This document shows positions 34,201 to 43,200 of a stretch of DNA of 64,000 bases, in pieces. A model generated the notes under the pieces. It made no database searches. It had not been told where the DNA came from and saw nothing but the letters and a program-made list of their open reading frames with translations. Positions within the stretch are counted from its first letter, which is position 1. Each line of letters begins with the position of its first letter. A program made the position numbers and the translations under genes. The stretch covers positions 186,001 to 250,000 of the forward strand of contig NW_027272677.1 of NCBI RefSeq assembly GCF_040938485.1. The letters run 5' to 3'. The DNA is from Diadema antillarum. Its lineage: Eukaryota.

Positions 34201-37200
34201 TTTGTATCAATCTTACATGCATTTCTGAAAGGAGACTCATAACATTAGGCCTACATAAGTAGGTCCTAGTGCATTAGCGAGAATGCACTGTCTTAAGACC
34301 GTTAGCATAATTCTGATTTGCCCAAAGTCGGTGACAAATGGGAAAGAAGTGACTTTCATGAGGGCTGATCATACATTCGGAGTGTAAAAGACTTCGTAGT
34401 TTTGTTATTTCGCTTCTGAAAAATCCTATTTAAAAGTTGTGAAACATCGTACTAATCGATATACTTGCTTTAACTGGGTGGATAGCGATGCCGCATTGAT
34501 CTGCATGATGTTGATTATGTTTGCAGTGCATTCTACTGTAATGTCTCTGCTGCCTTTCGAAAAACTACTCTAACGGTCATCCTCCTACCACTCCTAGAAG
34601 CATGGACGACCCGCTTACCTCGTACTGTAACCGTGAACTCGCATGTAGCCGACTTCCCTGCGGAGTTCGTGGCCGTGTACCGCACGATGGTGTTGCCGAG
34701 TCCAAACGTGCTGCCCGGAGACCTGGTAGAATCCACCGTCACCGTACCCGAGTTGTCTGACGCCGTTGGCTCCGTCCAGGTGACCGCTGTTTCCGTTTCA
34801 CCAACGAAGATTAACTCAACTCGGTCTTGCGGACAGAAGTTAAACTCTGGATTCTCAGTATCTAATGACGGGAAAATTGTTTGGGAAGTTTGAATAATGC
34901 AAGCTATACTCCGACAAAAATAACAAGTAATTTCTGTCATAATTAGAAATGTGAAAATAACTGCAACAAATAGAGAAATGTTAAACTGGTTTAGACAAAT
35001 AATTAGAAAAAAACTATGAACGTTTTTAAATTTTACTCTCATACAATGTTCCATAAATTCTATGACCCTTTTTATGGTCCAGACCAAGTGACCACGACGC
35101 ACTTGTGTTGTACGTCTTACCCGCCACTTCTTATTCCTTTTATTTTATCTATTCTTAAAATTGTATATCCCCGACTGCCACTTATTATATTATATATATT
35201 CTTCAACAAAACATTACTTCCCGAATGAGCTCATTGCAAATTGAGTAAGACAGGTCTTTCAAACACTCTTTTTTTAAAATGTGATTTCGTTTAATGTTTT
35301 CAGTATTCTTGATGCAGCGCCAGAAACTTCAGTGTCACGTAGCCAAGCAAACTTGGGGATGTTGTTCCTGAGACATATCGTAATGGGTAAGATTTGTAAG
35401 ACATCTGACTATCAGACGGAGGTCCCGAGGTCGTATCCCATCAAGCGCCTATAATGTTCTTGGACAAGATGTTTTTACCTCTGCCATGTTCCTATATACT
35501 CGAACCATGTTCCCATATATACTCGACTCGAGGGCGATGTGTTAGCTCAGTCGGTAGCGCGTCTGCCTCACTATCCAAAGGACCCCGGTTGGATACCTGG
35601 GTCCCACTGAGTAATGTTGTGTGTAATCATACCGTCCCCTCTAGTAAGAGGCAAAACACTCTGTCCGTCGGATAGGACATAAAATGGAGGTCCCCTATGT
35701 GAGAGAGTTACAACTCACGCAAGTAAAAGATTCCGCTTTATTTATTTATTGCAAAGAGCAGGGTGTTTAACCCGGTGAAGTGGTCCTGCCTTACATCCAA
35801 CTGGATCCCATGGAAGACCAGCTGTCGCAGCTGAATATGGGCTACCCATCCATCTTCTCAGAAGGAAATGAACAAAACAAACAAACAAACGAAAACCCAG
35901 CCCCAGTTCAAGTGCATAAATGGGAAGTGGCAACGCTAGGGCAATAATAGTAGTGGGTCCTCATGAAGAGGAGTGGCAACACAGGAGAGGCTATACCTTC
36001 ATAGATAAAGACAACTAAAGTGATGATGATCATCATCATCATTATCAATATCTTTGTTCCCTTTTGTCAACAAGTTACCAACTATTGGCATTGTATAATT
36101 TTTCTCGCATCTGTCACATGTTCTTCAGAATCTTGCTTTGTAATGAATTTCTCATTGACGTCCCCTCTCTTCCCACCTACAGGCCTATCTCACTAGAGGA
36201 GACTGTCGCAACCGATAAGTCGCAGCGACTCGTGCGACTCGAAAGACTAAAAATTGACTCGCGCTCTGACCAAGAAGGCGACTCCAGGGAGACGTCCGAG
36301 ACGTCTCCAATCAAGATGACAAGTTATTCGCCTGGCAATCGCATGGATCGACGTTGCGGTAACATCTCCGGCCGTCGCGGAGACTTCTCCGAGACGTCTT
36401 CACATCATCAGCGTTAGGTCGTCATTGGTCTCCGCATGGTTGCGGAGAAGTCGCAAGACAAAACTAGTCTCCGCGACGAGGCCGCAAATAATGGAGATGT
36501 CGGAGAGACATCTCCGAGAACAGCTGGAGACTATGGAGAAAGTTCCCGGAAAAACGATATGGAACTTGCACCATCCTCCCTTAATCCCCTAGAGATCTGT
36601 CTGTCGCCAGGAGACGTCGTGGAGACGTTTTTGCAACCAGTGGAGACTCGAGTGACCAACAGGTCACCACCTTTCGTCTCTATAGACCAATGAGATACCC
36701 AATGTCGCAGTGGATGTAGAAAAGTTGCTTCCATCTTGGAACGATCATTTCATGTTGTGATTCTAGTGAACGACCATATAACGAGTTTGTGTAGGCACCT
36801 TTCTGTGGCAGGGTATTTAACATTAAACGGAATTTATCTTGTGATAGAGCTAACAGAGTCTCTCATTCTACCACGTCACTTTATTGAAGGATACGACGAT
36901 ATTATGAAAACAAGCAAGCAAGCAAACAAACAAACAAACAAAAGCAAACCAAAAACACGCATTTACTCAGCGCGAATAAAGTATGCCTAAAGTGTGCACC
37001 GACGGAAATCACTCTTGGAATGAGGAAGCTTTTGTTGCTGGTTGTTAAAAATGCAATTGAATATGACATCAGGCAAAACAAACAAAACATTTTATGTTTC
37101 ATGAAAAAGGAATAAAGAGTTTAAAGGGTGTAGATTTGAGTTCTTTCGTGATAAATTGTTTAGTTACAATGTATATTAATATGCTTTCGAGAAGTATAAT

Positions 37201-40200
37201 GATATCGGTCCAAATCACATGATATGTAAGCTTCACTGGGAAACCAATGTCAGTGCCTCCTTGTCTCCCCGTGGTTCAACAGAACTGTACTGTATGATTA
37301 TTATTTTCGTCAAGAAATCCTTATTAGACATAACGATGAAGAGGTCAGTCAGCTAGCCTTTATCAAGGCCTTCTTCCTGTAGTTATTGTAAGAGAAGCAA
37401 GTGTACGATGATAGCGAGAGGCAGAGTCATGTATTATAAGCGAAAAGTGACATGCGATGCGAAAACATAGTGCATGAGGGCCTTTGAGAAAAGGCTACCA
37501 ATCAACGTACAGTTCAGCTATCATCAGCATGGTGAAAGAAGAATACATTTTCATCTCATCCTCGATTAACATGTAAATAGGGGAGATCTAAATTCGATAC
37601 AAAGTTTTCAACTTTCGATTTTCAATATCTACGCTATAGTCAGAAGAAAATCTCCGTTAGGACAATTTTCGAGGGAATCAGTATCATCCGATCTCGCAAT
37701 GAATGAAAAAGATATTACTCTCACAATTTTAGGAGGTAAATAATTATACACTCACTTGTCATTTCCCACGAAGCTGTTCCCTGGATAACAAAGTGATATT
37801 GTAATTTTCCCATGACCATGATGTCATGAGTATTCGCGCATGTCATATATTTCCCCCCCCCCCCCCCCATTACCACTCTGTGACCATGGCCGTAAAGATG
37901 GGCAGGATTCTTCTTTTTTTTTCGGGTACACATTGTCACAAGCCAGACACCTATGAGTCATACAGCGTACAAGTCAATGGCCCACGAGTCATATAGTCCA
38001 CGATTTATACAGCTCACCACTCATACAACCCTTGCAGACATGAAATGAATAAAGTCCACGAGCACGAGGTGAAGTAAAATAGGACTATTCACGAGCTGTA
38101 TATGGTCAACGAGACTTATTGACCTACAGCATGTATTATAACTATATAGTGTCTAGCTTGTGCATGGGCCTGTTTTACTTGGTGTCCATAGGTCAGGGCT
38201 GTATGACTCGTGGATGTACCGGTATATATGACTCATGGACCTTTTTTCATGTCTATAGCTCGTGGGCCGTATATGGGCCCTATGCCTCGTGAGTGTGTAG
38301 CTCGTGGGATGACACCGATTTTTCCGGGAGGTGAGTTATGTGGAGGGAAAAACACTCAAGTGAGTGTGTAGGATCGGAGGGGCATCCTCTCTCCCCCATG
38401 AGGTATAGGCTAGCTTCTGCACTTTTAGAATAATATTGTGGAATTTGACGATCTGATGTGCACTTTACGTGCGCTATTTGGCAATGTTTGCGTTAAAAAA
38501 GTAAGAAAATTAGGTATTAAGGAAATATGCGAATGGCTAAATCGTGGTATCTGTCACCACTCGAATCGCATGTGTGTCTTCAGGAAGTGCATGGATTGCA
38601 TTCGCCGGCCAGTACAGAGTAAACGACAGAAAAATTAATTAGGTGGTGACAGATGTCATGATAAATGAGTATTTTCACACTTTTGGATAACAAGAAATGT
38701 TGTCGTTATTACCAAACATAGCTAGCAGCTATATCAAGAAAAAAATGCACCTAAAATCTTTCATTGTTGCGTGATTTTCTCATTCACTCATTAAATTGTG
38801 TGAAAAACTGTCTTCCCCTTCGAAAGGGGGGGGGGGGACAATATTTTGGATATAATAATTTATTGTTTATTGTCCTCTCAATTCAGATTGTCACTGAGAT
38901 TTGGTCAGATAATAACGAGAACAACTGAGGAAGGAATTTCATTGTGGTCCAACTTCGTTTCGTTTCATTCATTTTTTTTTTTGTAAACAAAGAGTGAAAA
39001 CCCTGGTACAGATATATCAGGTATATCACGAGAAAAGAATAAATAGTATGAAAATGAAAATAAAAATTCTCAATACGTCGAAATATAAACACCATGAATT
39101 GAGGAAGAAAAAGTAAACGTATACATGCTATTTACTGCGTAATGTTGAAAATGGAGGGTAAGCTAAAAAGCAGAGCTTGTAATATGCTTTCCCTTCAAAA
39201 CCAATATTAGTAAAGAACAAAAATGTAACCATGTATGGGTAGACAGAAGCATAAATATAAAGTGACTAAAACACATCAAACACTGACAAAAGAACTAAAA
39301 CCTTACACAGCCCTTCACAAGGTCGCCTTATTGCAGCAAAGAATGGGGTTTGGAAGGAATCTTATGAAGGTTGCTAGATAGCTCATAATATTATGAAATA
39401 AAATATTATAAAATGAAATATTTCAAGGTAACTGAACAGATTTCTTGGGCGGCTCCCCAGATATTTCTTGTTATTCATTCTTTACGTATTGTATGTAATC
39501 TACAAATATTTTACGCGGCGCCTATATGGTGACTTGATTCACCATCCGGCCTTGTTGGAAAAACATTTTAGTAAAGAATCCACATAATCACCAAAAAATG
39601 TGACCCTCGTATTTTTTTCTCTTTGGGTCAATCAATGTAAAACCTTTATAGGCAGGGAGACAAACGAATATATACATTGTATATAAGCTTATATATATTA
39701 TATATTGGCAGCAAAACTTATTACATATATATATGTTTAGTTAGCTTATCTTACAGGGATCAGCATTTGAATGGCCTTTATGTCACTATTGATTCCCCCA
39801 CTTTCAACCTATTCATGACATATATCTCACATTATGTACGATATGAATTTTGTAATGTCATGTCTTTCTAGTCACGATGTGAGAATAAATTGATTGAATT
39901 GAATTGAATAAACAATATCGCAAACACCGTAGTGCATCTTTAACATATACATCGGTAGGTATCCAACAAAGAAAACACATTCATTTGAGTTATTGTTGAC
40001 TGGCAAGGAACTGATTTGATACAAAATGCTAAAGGCAGGGCTACATAATTATGGGTGATTCTACATTTGTGATATCCTGATTTGTAATTTCGCTTTTTAT
40101 GTAGCCTATAACAGTGTCCTATATCAATCATAATTATGATTTGTTGTGGTACGTGTGGGGGAGGGGATGCACCCTATTTATACTAGCACTGCTTTACTTC

Positions 40201-43200
40201 TCCCCGTTTCCAGCATTTCCGTATACTTGAAATACTCGAAAACAGAGGGAAACTGACCAGAAAGGAATGTACTTAAAATATTCCGTAAACTTATCTTTTG
40301 TTATGTATTGTGATGTAATTCATGTATTTAATTTTGGTAAAATACTTACATGTTTCTTTTGAAATGGAAAAAATACATGAATGAATGAAAACAACCCCCA
40401 AATTAGTTGCTAAATACGTGTTGGTCTCCATATACCAATAATTGCCCAATTCTTATACCAATTCTTTTCCAAAGGAGACACAAAGTTAGCTGAGAGGATA
40501 CATGTTACAGAATGATATTGCATGATATACACACAGAGAGAAATATGCTGTTTACTGGGACTGTTCGACAATTATCAATTTCGCAAGGCTGCACTGTCTT
40601 TACAGTACATTCATGCAGTAAATACTTTTGAAAAGCGGGGTTGAGTTTCATTGACGTAGATGTTTGACAGTACAAAAGTCACTTCGTGACAAAGAGTTTA
40701 AAAACAATGGAAGCAAGCTGGCAGTGCAGTCATCTTTTTCTGTAGCATTGAAAACTAAGCTGCCTTTTGTTTATTTGCACAAGTTTTATTCCTAGAAAGA
40801 ATGCAAAACTAAAATTGCATGACGCATTTGACTGGTAGAGGTTTGCTAACACCTTCCTCACGCAATTACCTCTATAGTGGGGCTTTTATTACACATCGAA
40901 TGGAGTGTTACCGTGCCAATACGCCGGAACAAGCTTATTTTGCTCGTTCCAAACTGCCACACGTGAACTGCAAAAATGCGCAATCATTGAAGCGAAAACT
41001 GACTTCTTCAAAATTATTTCTATAATGATATATTCCAGTGCAAGATAATTGTGTTGTTGCTATATCATTAACAATACAAATTTTGTCCAAACAGGTATTT
41101 CTAGATTGAAAGCAAATTTGTTTGTGGTAGTGTTTGGGATTGAATAAATGGAATTTAAGGAAGTACCTGAGCCCTTGGAAAGCGGAGCTGAATAAGCAAC
41201 ATAATCATTGAAAGAGCGATCTGTGTGTGCAAGAGATTTTTACCGTGTAAAAATCCAAAGTTACACTTTCTCCAAGTTTAAGCACATGCATATATCTAGG
41301 ATGACTGAATGGGAACTGCTTGAAACACTTTCATTGATCGTTATACCAAATAATAATCATGTAACTATATACCTTCATCAATGGCGTGCCACGTACAGGT
41401 GCCTGCAAGTGAGCTGGTTCACGTCATAAGATGGATATCATCAACTTTTCGCACTATGCCGACAAAATGAACTCCACTGGCAAACAAATTCCGTTTTTAC
41501 CCTTGTTATTTTGATGATTCCTAATTTGTATTAAAGGCATGATTTACCATTTAGAGATGAAACAAAAACCCAGCATTAGTGCTTTAGAATAGTAAATTGT
41601 GAGTTACGGATAGAAACAACCACTTTAAAAATTTGAAACGGTAAAATCGACGTTAAGTATTGTTAAATATACAAAATTTTAACAATAGTTATGATAAAAA
41701 TGTTTTCAGACTAAACCGTCTACAGTTACGATTTATTGAGAAAAATACAGATAGCTCCTTATATTTTAGGCTTTATCACGAAAATGTTATATAGGTTTTG
41801 TGGCACAACAAACCTACACAATGTGCATTAAATGTCATGTCTAGAATTTTTTTTAATCACTGTTCTCAAAGATAAACAGAACCTTTAAAGTTCTCAAAGA
41901 TAAACAGAACCTTTAAATGTATCTTGCCTATTGTATAAAGGTGAATTTGTGAAATCATTAACTCCTCCGTAAATAATTCATTATCTGCTTTTCTTTAAGA
42001 TTCGCACTTGTTTACTTGGATTGTTTGTCTGTTTGTTTATGAACATACACTGTCTTATTATTGTGACATTGCCCTGGTATATTTTACAACGATGGAGTAT
42101 TGGAAATGAAAAATTGATTTTAACCGTTATACCAACTATAATCGTGATACATTTCAACATAAAGTTATCCTATTATAGCTTCCATTTTCACTTGAAAGCA
42201 ATTTAAATGCCGTTTGACATCAAGGGTACTAGAAAATCATGGACATTAAGATGTCTGCCAATTAAACAGTGACATCATAGGTATTTTAACCGTGTTTCTA
42301 TTCTGAAATAATTTGCTTTCTCATCTTCATTTTAGCCTCAACATTTTAGGAGTACAGCAAATTTGAATATGATAATCTAAAACATACTCTTTATTTTCTA
42401 CGTTTCTCATCGCTCGTTATCATATCCGTCGTCCACTCCTCAGGAAGGTTGCAGAGATATTAAAGAAATTGAAACAGTACTGCACATACGATGACGTCAT
42501 GCGGGGTTTGCGCCAGAGAGAAATAGTGCGAAAAGCTCTCCTTTTTTAAGCCAGGGTTCGTATCAAAGATTTCCAGTATAACCGGGCAAGTCATTTTCTC
42601 GTTGAATGCTATAGTAAGTTCAGTCATGCATGCTTGTTTCCCCTTAAATGGCCGCACTAAACATGTGTCAAAGAGATCTTCAAGTCTAAGAATAAGTCTT
42701 TTCATTGTAAGGTCTCACGTCTCACCCGTGAGACATTCACAACGAAGGTTTGGCGACGTGGTATTCCTCATCAAGCAACGTCAAGAGGCTTGAATATGTT
42801 TTCGACCGTGCGTTGTTGTATAGCTCTGTAATAAACGACTTAGATTTACGATGTGCAGTATATACACCAGCTACTTCGTTCTACAGCCGTCATGTTTTTC
42901 GTTTCATATCCTTTGGCTATAACAGAAAGGTAACAACTCGGACTGACGACGCGTCTTGCCTGAAGCAAATGTGTCCTACTGTCTTCTTGACGTGACGTAC
43001 GCATACTAGGTTCTCTGCGTTTTCATTCGGTAGTCATGCAGTTACTATGTTCATCAGCCCATTTATAGTTACTGTTAATAAATGATGACATGAAAGCAGG
43101 CTCCTAAATGTTGACACAAGTAAAACTAAAAATGGACCCTATTGCAAAGACGTTGGCCAAATTGGTGAAACGCGAAGTAAAAAGAGGCTCAACAATCAAA

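Noticed and set aside
36064-36734. ORFs of 67-117 aa rich in E/T/S/R
   Set aside because: Products of the GGAGAC motif repeats; not protein-like.
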